A DNA stretch of 64,000 nucleotides from contig NW_024704743.1 of NCBI RefSeq assembly GCF_018977255.1, forward strand, positions 98,148,001 through 98,212,000. The letters are read 5' to 3'. This document shows positions 48,868 to 61,607 of this stretch, piece by piece. Origin of the DNA: Callorhinchus milii (taxonomy: Eukaryota). Made by a program: the position numbers and the translations under genes. Positions within the stretch are counted from its first letter, which is position 1; each line of letters begins with the position of its first letter. The notes under the pieces were generated by a model. The model was not told the origin of the DNA. It searched no databases and was given only the letters and a program-made list of their open reading frames with translations.

Positions 48868-49177
48868 AATAATAATAATAATTCTTGCATTTGATATAGC
48901 GCTTTCCACGTCGGGAGGACGTCACAAAGAGCTTCACAGAACACACTGTAAAGTGAATTGACTGTATATTTGTGGGCGAACGCGGCAGCCAATTGCGCAC
49001 AGCAATGTCCCACAAACAGTCTTAGATTGAAAATGACCAATTTATTATTGTTTTTGGAGGGATTATTATTAGGCGTGTGGAGTAAGGAAACTTGCCCAAG
49101 GTTTCGCCCTGCCTGGAATTGAACTCAGGTCTCTCGCTTGTAAAGCAAGTGCTCTAACCACTGAGCTGTAGGACTCC
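48868..49177 (-). mobile_element. Young short tRNA-Ala SINE, full length
   Basis: Full family match. Confidence 0.95.
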
Positions 49178-49458
49178 ACAAGTTTGGACTCCAGGATTGT
49201 GCAGGTAAACAAAAAGTAAATGTTGTGCCAAAACACTTCTCAGTCATTAAGTACTTGTCAACATCGTTCTAAGCATGCTCCCGGTCACCCAGCTATGTGT
49301 ACAATTTCCTTCCAGCACTGTTATGAATAGTTTAAGGCTTTTTTTCCCCAAGTGCCAGGTATGAACTGAAGGTAAATGCTGACTTTTTGACCTGGTTTCT
49401 CAGCTGTGGAGTGTTGCAGTAATGGGAATTATTTCACTCATTGATATGGTGGGAGGAA

Positions 49459-49794
49459 TAATAATAATAATAATGATAATAATAATAATAATCCTTGCAT
49501 TTGATATAGTGCTTTTCATGTCTTCTCAACGTCTCAAAGCGCTTGACAGAATAGACTGTAAAGTGAATTGACTGTATATTTGTGGGCGAAATGCGGCAGC
49601 CAATTGCTCACAGCAATATCTCACAAACAGTCATGGACTGAAAATGACCGATTTATTATTGTTTTGTTTTTTGGAGGGATTGTTATTAAGCGTGTGGAGT
49701 AAGGAAACTTGCCCAAGGTTTCGCCCTGCCTGGAATTGAATCCAGATGTCTTGCTTGCAAGGTGAGTGCTCTAACCACTGAGCTATAGGATTCC
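49459..49794 (-). mobile_element. Short tRNA-Ala SINE, full length
   Basis: Full family match, slightly more diverged. Confidence 0.93.
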
Positions 49795-49796
49795 AC

Positions 49797-49910
49797 AGGA
49801 GGGGGAAGAGAGGAAGGATGTACAGGGGGAGGAGAAGGTGAAGGGGGGAGGAGGTGGAGGAGTGGAGGGGGGGGGTGGGGGAGCTAGAAAGGGGAGGAGG
49901 GGGAGGGCGG
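49797..49910 (+). repeat. G/A-rich low-complexity tract
   Basis: Multiple runs of 4-9 G separated by short A-rich spacers. Confidence 0.8.
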
Positions 49911-49986
49911 ATATCATGGTCCAAATTTTTAAAAATGCAAATATTTTTTATCGGACTGCTCACCCACAATGCAATAAACAAAATGA

Positions 49987-50392
49987 TAATAATCCTTGCA
50001 TTGTATGTGCGCCTTATCATGTCGCTGAAATGCCTCAAAGCGCAGAGGTGGATGTGTATTTGTAAGCAAACAGGGCAATACATTTTCGCAGAGAAGGTCT
50101 AACAAACACACATAAAGTGAATGATCACTTTTATCTGGTGGATGGTCAGCCAGGATCCTGGGAGAAACTCCCTTCTCATTTCAAGTAGTGCCAATGGGAT
50201 CTTTAAAATGAAAATGAACAGGTAGACAGGGCCTCAATTTAATATTTCATCTGAGAGTTGGCACCTCCGACAATGCAGTGCTCTCCAAAACCCTACACTG
50301 GAGTGTCAGCCGAGACTTTGAGCTCAAATTCTCAACGTGGAGCCTTGAACCCACAACCCACTGAGAAATGTTCCCAACAGAGTCCAGCTGAC
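49987..50392 (-). mobile_element. Deu-domain SINE
   Basis: Tail, Deu core and partial head. Confidence 0.8.
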
Positions 50393-50614
50393 CCAAGGCA
50401 TCTAAACAATCTGATTAGATGTCACAGTCTTGCAATTCATGTTGAACTAAATGTAATGTTTCAAATTGTGTCCATTTGTTGCATGATTTGATCAAAGATG
50501 CCAGACATCCTGTTGCAGCAATAATATACATTTTGAGGTGGTGCGGGGAACCCTGTAATAGGCGTCAGTGTATCAGGTGAGATATGGAAAATAAACTAAG
50601 ATTCCTTTCTTTTT

Positions 50615-50830
50615 GGGGCCTGAAATTTCAACCTTAGCCTGTAGACTATTTTGTCTTAAAAATTATACTTCAATTCATTCTTAATTTGGAAGCCTGTCTT
50701 CCACAGTTCTTAAGAAGAACCGGCTGCCAAATTAATGAATGTACATATATTTCTATATTTCTGGGCAATCTTACATTTTTAACACAAAAGAACTGTCTTG
50801 CAGGTTAAATCTTGGAGGAATTTCAGACCT
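50615..50830. mobile_element. Fold-back MITE-like element
   Basis: Ends GGCCTGAAATTTC / GGAATTTCAGACC; internal inverted arms; same family as 32397-32652. Confidence 0.7.
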
Positions 50831-53800
50831 GGGCTTGAAATCCAGTGGGTTATGCAAAAAAAAGAGACTGAAGTCAAAGCAAACGGTATAGTAGTCATGT
50901 CAACGTTCATGCCAACTTTCGCTGCTTTATTTAAAATCAACTTAGTGCGAGGCCCTAATTTACATCTTGAGGAAGATAATTGAACTACATCTAAAAATCT
51001 GCTGGCTTCCTGTTCAGCAGAGCCTTTGAAATTCACATAGTTACCAGAGTTTCAACCATGGTTAGCAATAGTTACATCACCTCTGTGAAAGTTTAACTAC
51101 TGGACAAATCAGTGGTGGTTACAATTAACATATTTGAGGTTCATGTATAAAAACTGTGAATTTCAGCCTGCAAACTTTTCAATGATTCAGACATCATTTG
51201 AACATTTATTTTCTTACAGCAATCGCAGTGCATTCAGTTTTACCAAGATTGACGTGTCCAGTGTTCAAAGACAATGTGGTGAAGAGATTTACCAAAACAA
51301 GTGGAAAAGCAACTTGATTAATACTGACATCCATTTCATAGATTATTCATTACTAACATTGCATCTGCAATACTGTATTTGTAAATGAATGTGCATGCTT
51401 TCAAATTTGCAAAGTTAGCAAGGGCCACATGGTATTTGTGAACATTGTGTGCATTAAAGGCAAAAAGATATTACAACAAAAATTGTCTCTGCTGCGGACT
51501 GGTGGGGGCAGGATCAGGCTCCTGGTTTAAGAGCTTGTCAACACTTTGTCTCAAGGTTCATACATGAATACTAACCCTCATGAATGAGATACAAAAGGAT
51601 GTCTGATGCCTGTGGAGCTGTAGTCCACAGGAGAAAGGAGACAAGCACCTTTAGAAGAGGATACAGAAAAAGTTGGGGAAGGAAGTTGGCTGGAAAAAAT
51701 AGTATGCAGATGTTGTACAAAATAAAACTATCTGTCACACATTACAAGGCAGAGACACATCTCAACTCTGGAATAAACTGAATTTTACTCCTGCGATTTA
51801 TGTTGTCATCCATCCTCACAATGTATCACTACCTTGAAGCACACTTCAGCCTTTAAAAAAAATGTGGAAAATAAATAACATAAAGCTCTTGAAATTACAG
51901 CTGTTGTTACGTATTTTGCAGCACCGTATGCGATGCATAGCAAGGCTGGTTTTTAACAATCAAATCTCAAGCTCAGCAGGCTCGTGAAGAAAATAAGCAT
52001 TCATCCAACTAACAGTTCATATTTAGGCATAGCTACATATATTTTTAGACAGTTTGAAATCTCTGTACACATAAAATACCCGGTTCAGTTATTAATGATT
52101 CTCTGCCACCATGTATAACAGATACAAGATGCTGAGTGTTACCACTAGATCCCAGTGACAGCACTTTACCTTCAATTCCTTTTTCCCATGTTTGTTTCTA
52201 TTGGAGGTTAATAAAAGCTACTCACAGCCACTTATCTAGGTTTTGAGAGTGTTATCTTGAGACTCCCTCCCACACACTGGAAACTCTATGAGACATCAGT
52301 GGAGCAATATCATAGTGCAAGAGACAATTGAAGGACAAGACTCTTCATTATCTTTGAGTGCCTTTGGTTATTTCTGTTGCAGATCATTTGCAGGCAAAAG
52401 AAAACAAGAAGGGGAAATTTATATTTAAATACAAACAACCCAAACAATTAGAACGAGAACAGCAGACGATAAGTAAAGTCTCTTTTCTCTGTCGAACACA
52501 CAGAATATTCTGTCTGTCTGTCTGTCAGTTATGTTCTGTACACTGTCCAGCACCTTGGGATGTCCTCCTGACCTGAAAAGCGCTGTACAAATGTAATCAT
52601 GTTGTGGTTGTTATTACACCGAGATCATCTCTGCTCCTAGTCAGAGCTGATATTTCTGAGCATCTGCCAAAATGTCAATAGTTTTTCTTCATGGTTTTTC
52701 TAAATGTTACTCTTGATGGATGAGGTGACAATTTAAAAAAATTGCGAATGACGAGATATGAAATTGTTGTATTAATCTAAATCTTTTTATGAAGAGATTG
52801 TAGCATTGAGTCATAGAATTCTACAGCACAGGAGGATGGCATTGTATTGATTAGTTTCAACAGACAGCTATTGGGAGTTGTCGCATATCTCTAAACTGGA
52901 TCTTAACTCTGTCTCATTTGAGAAAGAAACATTTGCTTCCCAATCTTGGTTGATATTTTGCATTTAGCTTTTCCCTGAGTACACCCCAGAGCAGGAGGTA
53001 TGAGGCAGCAAAGAAAGTGATGGGAAGAGAGCCAGAGTGAGATGTATGAAGCAGCTCAGCCTTATTATGCAATATTATGCTCCTACCTGTAGTGAAATGT
53101 AATATGTGTGAAATTACATGGGCATATAGGTGCGTAATTCTCTAGGGTGCACTTGAGGAGAGAGTCTGGTAGTCTTGTCTCCCTTTCTATGGAAGGAATA
53201 GAAGCTGTCCTTCAGATGCTTTGGAACCTCCTCCATCCTGATCTCCCCACTCCCCATTACATCAATGAGAGACATATGAATATGGGGCAAGTACCTCTGA
53301 GACGAGAAAGGTGAAGGGTAGTAGCAAAATTCAACAGCATTGTAAGCTGAATCTAAATGAGCTTGAGTACAGAGGGCTAGCTGATGATTTGATACCAGTG
53401 GTGCCTTTTCCACCTGTCTTGATCTTTCTCAAGATTGTGATTGGGGATTGTGATTATGTTCCCAGTGGTCAGTGCAAATGGAACTCCTTAGTATTGTATA
53501 TGAGAGATAGCCATACATTTTGAATTGCAGAAATTTCAACAGGATTTTATTGTGCTTGAGTTACAATTTTGATTTTCATTGGAAAATTAACATTCAACAT
53601 TATGCAGTATGCATCTTTGGGGTTTTGTTTCAGGAAGATAAAGGAAATATTTGTTCAGAATTATTGGTTTCTTTGTGCAGTCATCCATTCGTATTTGCCA
53701 CTGCAATTATTTTTCTTTGTCAGCCTCGCTCAGATTCTAGTACCCTCACCTCTGAGTTAGCCCAGACAATTTTTACAAAATGCATCACGAGTCGAAATAG

Positions 53801-53859
53801 AGCCTCAAGCGAGATTGAGAGTTGGGGTGGTGGTGAGTGGAGGAGAAGAGGGGAACTTG

Positions 53860-54090
53860 GAGGAAGATTGACTGGCGCAGTGAAAGAAATTGTTTTCAGA
53901 AAGGTTTTGAAAGCAGAAAGCGGGTGTAGGAAATTAGAGAGAGAGTTCCAAAGAGCGGGCACAAGGTAATTAAAAGCTTTCTCACCTATGACTGGCAGCA
54001 TGGGAGACGTAGAGCAGCCTTGAATTGGCAAAGTGTAGATAATCGGCAGGGCCACAGGAGATCACAGAGATTGAAAGGAGAAAGTGCTCT
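53860..54090 (-). mobile_element. Old L2 3' fragment
   Basis: IGEKAFNYLVPALWNSL..LSAFKTFLKT. Confidence 0.7.
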
Positions 54091-54237
54091 TAAGAGCAAT
54101 TAAATGTTGCAACGAGATTCTTTAAGTCAATCCACTATCTTGAATGAGCGTGATGGGTAGACGAGTTGGCTGGATGAAGATCAGGACAGGGAAAAGTTGG
54201 CTGATTTTCCTCTCCCTCACCTCACAGTCATTAAATG

Positions 54238-54680
54238 TAATAATTTGGATTTGATATAGCGCCTTAGCACGTCTTTGAGACATCTAAAGGCACTTCACAG
54301 GATATACTCTGAAGTGGATTGACTGCATTTTGTAGGCAAAATGTGGCAGCCAGTTTCTGTGCAGCAATCTCCCACAAACAACCATGGAGTGAGTGACCAA
54401 TTTGTTTATTTGGGGGTTTGTTGGCCAGGATACCGGGAGAAACTTCCTTCTCTTTTAGAATAGTGCTATTGGCTGTGGGATCTTTAAAGTCCACCTGAAC
54501 AAGCAGATGGGACCTCGGTTTAACATTTCATCTGAAGGACTTCACCTCCGACAATGCAATACACCCCCAGCACTTCGTTGGAGTGTCAGTTTAGACTATG
54601 TGATTCCAAGTAATGACATAGGGCTTGAACCCACCACCTTCTGACTCAGAGGTGAGATTCCTACTATGAGCCAGCTGACA
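54238..54680 (-). mobile_element. Deu-domain SINE, full length
   Basis: Head, Deu core and tail. Confidence 0.88.
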
Positions 54681-55183
54681 CAAAGGCAAAAAAAGTGTTT
54701 ATAATTGTGAAAATAAGGCATGATATGCTATGCAGCGAGAATGAGAATAATTTTTTTAATCCTGAACCTTCACTGATCATCGATTTAATCAGCTACTCAG
54801 TAAATACAGCCAAGGGCATTCAAGCATGAGAATGTGTCTCACATAATGAATTCGGAACGGATTAAGACTGACTCCAAGGAAACAACTTCACTCGTCAGTA
54901 ATGAGCAACTTCCTTCTTGTCTGTGGTCTGTCATTATTCCATACTGCAAAATGGAAATATCCTCCTTCAACTTCTTATTCCATCTCATGTAGTTGCTAAA
55001 AAGCTAATTCTGTCACTGTAGTAGATTGCCCTCAGGCAAGTATTCAGAAAGGAAGGACAGTGGTTGACCAAGATGAAGTATCTTCTGTTCTGTGACCTTT
55101 TTGCATGCAATGCTATAGCTACTTCTTTTGTCATTAATAAAGCGAATTGTCTGAGGGCTCAATGAAATAATACTAGTACTACT

Positions 55184-55537
55184 AATAATCATAATAATAA
55201 TCCTTGCATTTTATATAACACCTTATCATGGCTTCAAGAAGTCTCAAAGTGCTTCACAGAATATACTGTAAAATGAATTGACTGTATATTTTGTAGACAA
55301 AACAATTGTGCACAGTAGTGTCCCACAAACAGTCATGGATTGAGTGACCACATTTTTTTTTATTTTTGAAGGCAATATTATGCTGGAAAAGCAATCCACC
55401 AATTGATTAACAACCTGGTTCCTCTTACTTCTAGGTATATAGGGACGTGCGGAGTAAGGAAACTTGCCCAACATTTCGCCCTTCCAGGTCCTCTCGCTTG
55501 CGAGGCAAGTACTCTAACCATTCAGCCACAGGACTCC
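55184..55537 (-). mobile_element. Long-form tRNA-Ala-headed SINE
   Basis: Internal ACCTAGAAGTAAGAGGAACC block present. Confidence 0.85.
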
Positions 55538-56502
55538 TGTAGAAATAAATACCCATGCTTTCAGCCTGTGCCTATTCTCCAGTCACTGTTTCTACTTTGT
55601 CTCTTGCCATCAACAGCTATTTTTGTCAACCTTGCTCCACCTCCTTTCCTGATGGTTGCCCTCGATGCCGCTACTTCATAATTTCTTCCTTGCTTTCTTT
55701 AAGTCTTGGGCAATGTCCTTGCATGTCTTTATCAGGTCATTATTCATGGCTTCAGTAATTTATTTATTTTTTAACTGCAGAGAACACTGGTCTCTCACAT
55801 TTCCTTTCCTTCATTATGAGGAATAAATGGTTCATCTCAAATCTAAAAGCATTTCATGAATCATCACTAAAAATGTGTTTCTGCCAAATATTTAAAAATG
55901 TGTTAGGCAAAAATATAAGACCTTTAAAAGCAATTCTAGATCTGATCCACATCAGATCCATGAGGGTATCCTTGGGACATCTTTCTGACGTGAAGGGCGC
56001 TATACAAGTGTAATTTGTTGTTGTATCTGGAGGGAGCATTATGCTGAGTTAGTGCCTGAGCCAACAAGCCATAAAATCCATCTGCAAAGGGGTTGAAAAA
56101 GCTGGTAGTAGATGTTGACAGATTGAAGGCCTTAATAATCCAGTGTGCTGGAGGAAGTAGACTGCACTACGTCTCCCTGCTAATATTATAGTTAGACAGC
56201 AGGTGGGACAGTATTAATGCTGAGCTTTTAAACGCTGCCCTGAGAGAAGTGGTGGAAAATGGCAAAGGTCTTACGGATCAATGCCAACAAAAAAAATGGA
56301 ATTGCCTAGGAGATGCCCTTCTGTATCTGATGAATAGCTATATTGGATTTTGTTTGAGGCACACACATACTCTAACACACACACCATCAATGTTCCAGTG
56401 TGTAGTTTCAGTATCTATCCACATGATGAGTAAACCCAATGAGACCAACTGCCAATGAAATGCTCATTAATAATTTAGACGTGGGACAGAAAAGAAGTTT
56501 TC

Positions 56503-56822
56503 GGAGTCCTGTAGCTCAGTGGTTAGAGCACTCGCTTTGCAAGTGAGAGACCCGAGTTCAATTCCAGGCAGGGCGAAACCTTGGGCAAGTTTCCTTACTC
56601 CACATGCCTAATAATAATCCCTCCAAAAAACAAAGCAATAATAAATTGGTCATTTTCAATCCATGACTGTTTGTAGAACGTTGCTGTGCGCAATTGGCTG
56701 CTGCGTTCGCCCACAAATATACAGTCAATTCACTTTACAGTGTGTTCTGTGAAGCGCTTTGGGACGTTCTCCCGACGTGAAAAGCGCTATATCAATTGCA
56801 AGGATTATTATGATTATTATTA
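56503..56822 (+). mobile_element. Young short tRNA-Ala SINE, full length
   Basis: GGAGTCCTGTAGCTCAGTGGTTAGAGCACTCGCTTTGCAAG..GAGTTCAATTCC; tail GGGACGTTCTCCCGACGTGAAAAGCGCTATATC..(ATT)n. Confidence 0.95.
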
Positions 56823-57224
56823 AGTTGAATATACACTGTCAATACCACATCCTGTGGGTCACTAATGAAGGGAACAAGCAAACAAAATACAGAGAGAACT
56901 ATATACATGCATGACTAAACATAATGCGTAGAGCTCAGCTAACCAGCACTGAACCCAGTGTCATTTCAATAACATCAAAAAAAAACTTGTAAACGTAACT
57001 TTTTTTAAGTTTGAAAATGCTTTTGAAATTGGTACCAACTGGATTTATGCTGCACCCAATCATACCAATTCTATTCAGAAGCCTTCTTTTTGGAAGTGAA
57101 TTCGGAAGCGGGGCTCAGAATTGATGAATTTCAAACCTGATTTATTCTGTACTTTCATTATCTAAATGATCTGAAAATAACATTAAATCAATACTAACTG
57201 CATTAATATAAGTAGGGTTTCCAT

Positions 57225-57328
57225 GCCTCTCTATATCTCTTTGTCTCTGTCTTTGTCTGGTTTCTTTCTTTCCTTCTTTCCTTCTTTTTTCCTCTGGTCC
57301 TCTCTCTTTCTGTCACTCTCTCTCTCTT
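57225..57328 (+). repeat. CT-rich low-complexity tract
   Basis: Direct reading. Confidence 0.8.
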
Positions 57329-57959
57329 GTGCTGTAAGGAAACTTGGCAGCTCCCTGATGAAACCATGGAGACCGGGAGCTCATCATGTGAGGAATTACA
57401 AACCTAAATCTGCATCTTTCCAGCACAGCATGTTGGAACGGCAACCATTGTGCCAGTTTGCAATCGCCTCTAATTCCTTTCTCAAACACTGCTGTTTTTT
57501 ATTAATTAGCAGCACAAGGAAAGTTCAGTGGGAAGCCAGTAGCTAACCCTAATCCTAACTCTAACTTTATGCAGTGTGCTTCATTTCTCATTCTATCCCT
57601 GTTAGGATAAAGGTTAGCCAAACCTTCAGTAAAGTATAGCCAAGTGCATCCTGCTTTCTGGATCTCTCTCTCAAAATCTCTTCCCTTTGTGCTTTCAAAA
57701 TACTACTGAAAACTGATGTTCTTGATCATGTCTTTGGTCAATACCCTCAAACTAAGAACTCCTTTCCTCCCTGTTCAGAGATTCACATCATCTTTGTGAA
57801 GGACTTTGACATCGTAATCCTATGTGAAAGCTGCTGTATAGGTGCAAGTTGTTATAGGAGAATTCATAATCTATAATACTGTAGCAATGTTCTGTTTAAA
57901 GATATTAATTTTCCTCTGTCTTCAGTTTCTCCCCCTCCCCCCCATTACTTTATTTTCTC

Positions 57960-58560
57960 AGTTTCAGTCAGTGTTGGATATATAACAAGAATAACAAGCG
58001 TAAACATGTTGGGAGTCATCGTGTTTAAGAATATACAAACCAAGCTGAGAATTCCATGCATCCCATCTGTACATGGATATTCCATTGAAATGGAATGTGC
58101 ACTTGCTCCCTGGAGGGATTGCATGCTACTTACCTAATTCTGGAAAGTATTAGGCACAGGTTGGCAGGAGTCAAGACTTGGGGACCCCAGAGTGTGAGTT
58201 GTACTGATGGAGTCTAATCAGCTAAAACTGCATAACTTGCCATTGATAGCATTGTCTGGCAAGCTTTCCCGCTGTTAGTCCAGCTAGGATCACTCTATAA
58301 AAGCCCTAGAGCACCCTAGGACTTAGACTTGCAGGGAGCTGAGTGGGAAAATCCCTGCCCACAGTGCAAGTCCTGCCCTTCTGCCCTTCCAAGTCCTGCT
58401 GATGAGCCAGCCTTGCTGTTCTGTCACAAGTATCCAGGAATACTGTGGACCTGCCTGGCTCAGGAAATAGACTGTCGCGACTGCCACAGAGGGTGGGCTC
58501 GATTCCAACTCATACATATTAGAGTTGACTAGAACTCCAATGTGAGTCAGCCCCACTTGG
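57960..58560 (+). repeat. Unclassified old interspersed repeat (copy 3, uninterrupted)
   Basis: Contains all shared blocks in colinear order. Confidence 0.72.
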
Positions 58561-58622
58561 CAGGTCATCAATGGTGAGATTTATCATATTGTACTTCTAC
58601 CCATTCTATATATTCTACTTAC

Positions 58623-59028
58623 AGCCTTTTGTGTCAGTTGGTAGCACTCTCACCTCTGAGTCAGAAGGTTGTGAATTCAACCTCCATGTTGGGATTTGAA
58701 ACTCACATCGGCTAGGCTGACACTCCAATCCGATGTTGAGGGCGTGCTGCATTGTTAGAGGTGCTGTTCTTCAGAAGAGATGTTAAACACCAGCCTGTTC
58801 AGATGGACTTTAAAGATCCTATGGCACTATTCGAAAAAAAGAGGGAGTTTCTCCTGGCATCCTGTTCAACAATTTCCTAATCAAATTGATCATTGACTTC
58901 ATGGCTGTTTGTAGGGGATTGCTGCATGCTAATGGCCTGTGCATATAATCACAAAACTCATTTATACTATATCCTTAAAGACGCCTTATGTGAATGGCAC
59001 TACATGAAAAGTATAGATTATTATTATT
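58623..59028 (+). mobile_element. Deu-domain SINE
   Basis: GGTAGCACTCTCACCTCTGAGTCAGAAGGTTG head, Deu core, tail. Confidence 0.85.
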
Positions 59029-59099
59029 TGGCATTGTTTTCTTGACTTAAATGATTAATTTCATTAGGAGATTTGCAAGGCATGGGATAGGTTTTTCAG

Positions 59100-59305
59100 T
59101 TCAAGAAAACTGAGAGAAATTAGTGGTGCAGAATCCATATTAGCTTTCAAAAGGGAATTATTTCATATCTAAAATCGGGTAAAAACATGGAGTAAACTAC
59201 AGGGGTATGGGGAAAGGCAGGTAAATGGGACTGAAGGTATTGTTCTTTAAAAGCCCCAGGACAGATATGATGGGCCGAATGTCCTTCTGAGCTGCAAATT
59301 TCTCT
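59100..59305 (+). mobile_element. CR1 3' end
   Basis: GGGTATGGGGAAAGGCAGG..GATGGGCCGAATG 3' UTR. Confidence 0.7.
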
Positions 59306-59617
59306 GTTTCTCTGGTTCTATTATTATTGTGTCATTATGGTCTCTCTCACACACACATTTAATTCCTATGTGTATGTCTGAGAAATTACTCATTCTCACA
59401 ATGCAGCCTTGGATGAATACCCTTGAAGCTCTCCACAACAGGTAACATTTGGGTAAGCTTTTGCGCAAATAGGCCGGTTTGTCTGTACAAAATATAAGTA
59501 GTAGCATAAATCATTTGAAGAGTGTTGCTCACGATTAAAAAAAAAAGATCAGGCTCTAAAGAGAAGCATTAAAGGGAAGTGGATATTATAAAAAATTCTG
59601 GGAAAGAGAGTTAGGAT

Positions 59618-59880
59618 TACAACAACAATTTACATTTATATTGCACTTTTCACATCAGGAGTAGGTTTCAAAGACTTCACTGACTGTGAGGCTGAGGTGA
59701 AGGTGGTTGGGAGCTGCGAAGAAGAAAGAAAGGAGGTTGGTAGCATGATTGAAGAACTACATGTAGATCTTGAGGCAAATTTTGAAGGTGGGGAGGAAGG
59801 GAAAAGGCAGAGTTCTGAAGAGTGGGCACAGAGTGTCTGTTAGCTCAGCCACTGATGGTGGGATGGAGAGGGTGGGAGAC
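59618..59880 (-). mobile_element. Old L2 3' fragment
   Basis: ACAACAACAATTTACATTTATATTGCAC tail and L2-like purine-rich body. Confidence 0.6.
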
Positions 59881-60357
59881 GTAAAGCAGTATTATAGTAT
59901 CAGATTAGAGTATTTAGCTTCAGTGGAGATGTTAGCTCCAACAGAGGCTCAATGGCCTTCATCTGTGCTATAATTTCTACAATCTTTAAGTGTGGAAATT
60001 GATGCAACCATGTTGAAATAACGTGTCGTCCTACAAGGTGGTCATTTAACAATAGTGCATTTAAGTTAATTCAAGGAAAAAGCAAATCAATGGTTAGTAC
60101 TCTACACTCAAGATCATTAAGGAATTAGTTAAAGATTTTCAACAATTTAAGCAATGGGTCTCACCACCAGAACATCACTGTTCTAAAAAAAACACTAGAA
60201 AATTAATGCTGCATTTATAGTTTATTATAGAAGTGTATTTCTCGCTGTAAATCATACAGTATAGATTGGGATTAAGGAGCATTGAATCACTGAGCCCTGC
60301 TTTTGAGACCATCATTAAATAAATGCAGCCATAAAAATCAGCATCACTTTGTTTCTA

Positions 60358-60556
60358 GGGGGAGAAATTCCACCCAGACCAAGAATTCGATTTTTTCTTT
60401 TAGACAATTCAATTCTAAAACTCAGTCTTAATTGTTAAGTCTGAAAAGAACCTGCAGAAAAAAAAACACTTCAAAATTGAAATAGAATTTAAGAAATGTT
60501 CAAAACTTCACTTTCTGAAACATCAAAATTGTAGATTCAAGTAGAATTTTTGCCCT
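60358..60556. mobile_element. Possible MITE remnant
   Basis: Imperfect terminal inverted repeats GGGAGAAATTCCAC / GTAGAATTTTTGCCC. Confidence 0.4.
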
Positions 60557-60665
60557 CGGGAGTAAAATTAGGGCATAGTATTAGCATCCATTTGTTCTAT
60601 GCTGAGTCTCATTAAAATATTGCTTTTAAACAGTGAGTACAATCGCAACATCAGGGCATTGCAGA

Positions 60666-61020
60666 AATAATAAATCTTATATTTAGTATTCTGCCTTATC
60701 TAATTGTTGAAATGCCTTAAAGCACTTTATTGGATTTACTGTAAAGAATACTAACTGTATTTGCAGACACCATCGCCAATTTTCACACAGCAATGTCCCA
60801 CAAAAGAGTATGAGTAGAAGTGAAAAGTCATTTGTTGGCCAGGACACTAGAGAAACTCCCTTCTCTTTTCGAACAGTGCCACAGAGTATTTAACATCCGC
60901 CTGACTAGGCAGAGGGACATCTTGTCCAAAGGACGGCACTCCCAACAATGCAGCCTTCCCACGACCCTGCATTGAGGTGTCAGCCAAAGTCCTGATGTGG
61001 GCCTTTGAATGTGAGGAACC
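60666..61020 (-). mobile_element. Decayed Deu-SINE
   Basis: CACAGCAATGTCCCAC..TTGGCCAGGACAC..GAGAAACTCCC blocks. Confidence 0.72.
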
Positions 61021-61607
61021 TGCAACAACTGATATAAATGTAATCAGATGAGATCAGATAGTTCCAGTATAAGGATAGCACCAGCAGAGATTGAATTTTC
61101 TCCTGCATTGTAAGCGCTCAATAATTTAAAAATATCTGGGTTTATGACTCCATTTGTACTATATTAAATCAACTCCCAAACAATCAGACTCAGTAACGTG
61201 CTGTCCACTTAACCTCAATGACCGGTGATTCATTGCTATCATCTTCTACGAAAAATATCTAGTTTAAAAATTGACAAAAATAGATATTACCAGTAACTTG
61301 GTAATCATATCATTTTAAAAGAGGCCCTAAAGATAAGGATCTCACTGTAATGATTTTTGCTTCACTTAATTCTATTGACTTTAATAAAGAGTACTTTAAC
61401 TGTTATATAGATTGGTTTCAGAATTTACTCCTTTGGCACCTATTGGAGAGGAACCGTGGGACTATAGTACTTTTAGAGCACTCATGCGTGAGATGAAAAT
61501 CAAGGTTTTTCTGTCCTAAACGCATTCACGTTCATTCTGCTTTTTAGTGTTAAAATATATATTTCATAATAGCATGTCAACAGGGTGGGTTACTTTGCTG
61601 TGGGAAT

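Noticed and set aside
56503..56580. tRNA-Ala(TGC) gene
   Set aside because: It is the head of a multi-copy SINE, continuous with the body and L2 tail, and lacks a proper acceptor stem.
57339..57546. Exon after the CT-rich tract
   Set aside because: The tract is a microsatellite; no donor or recognisable protein follows.
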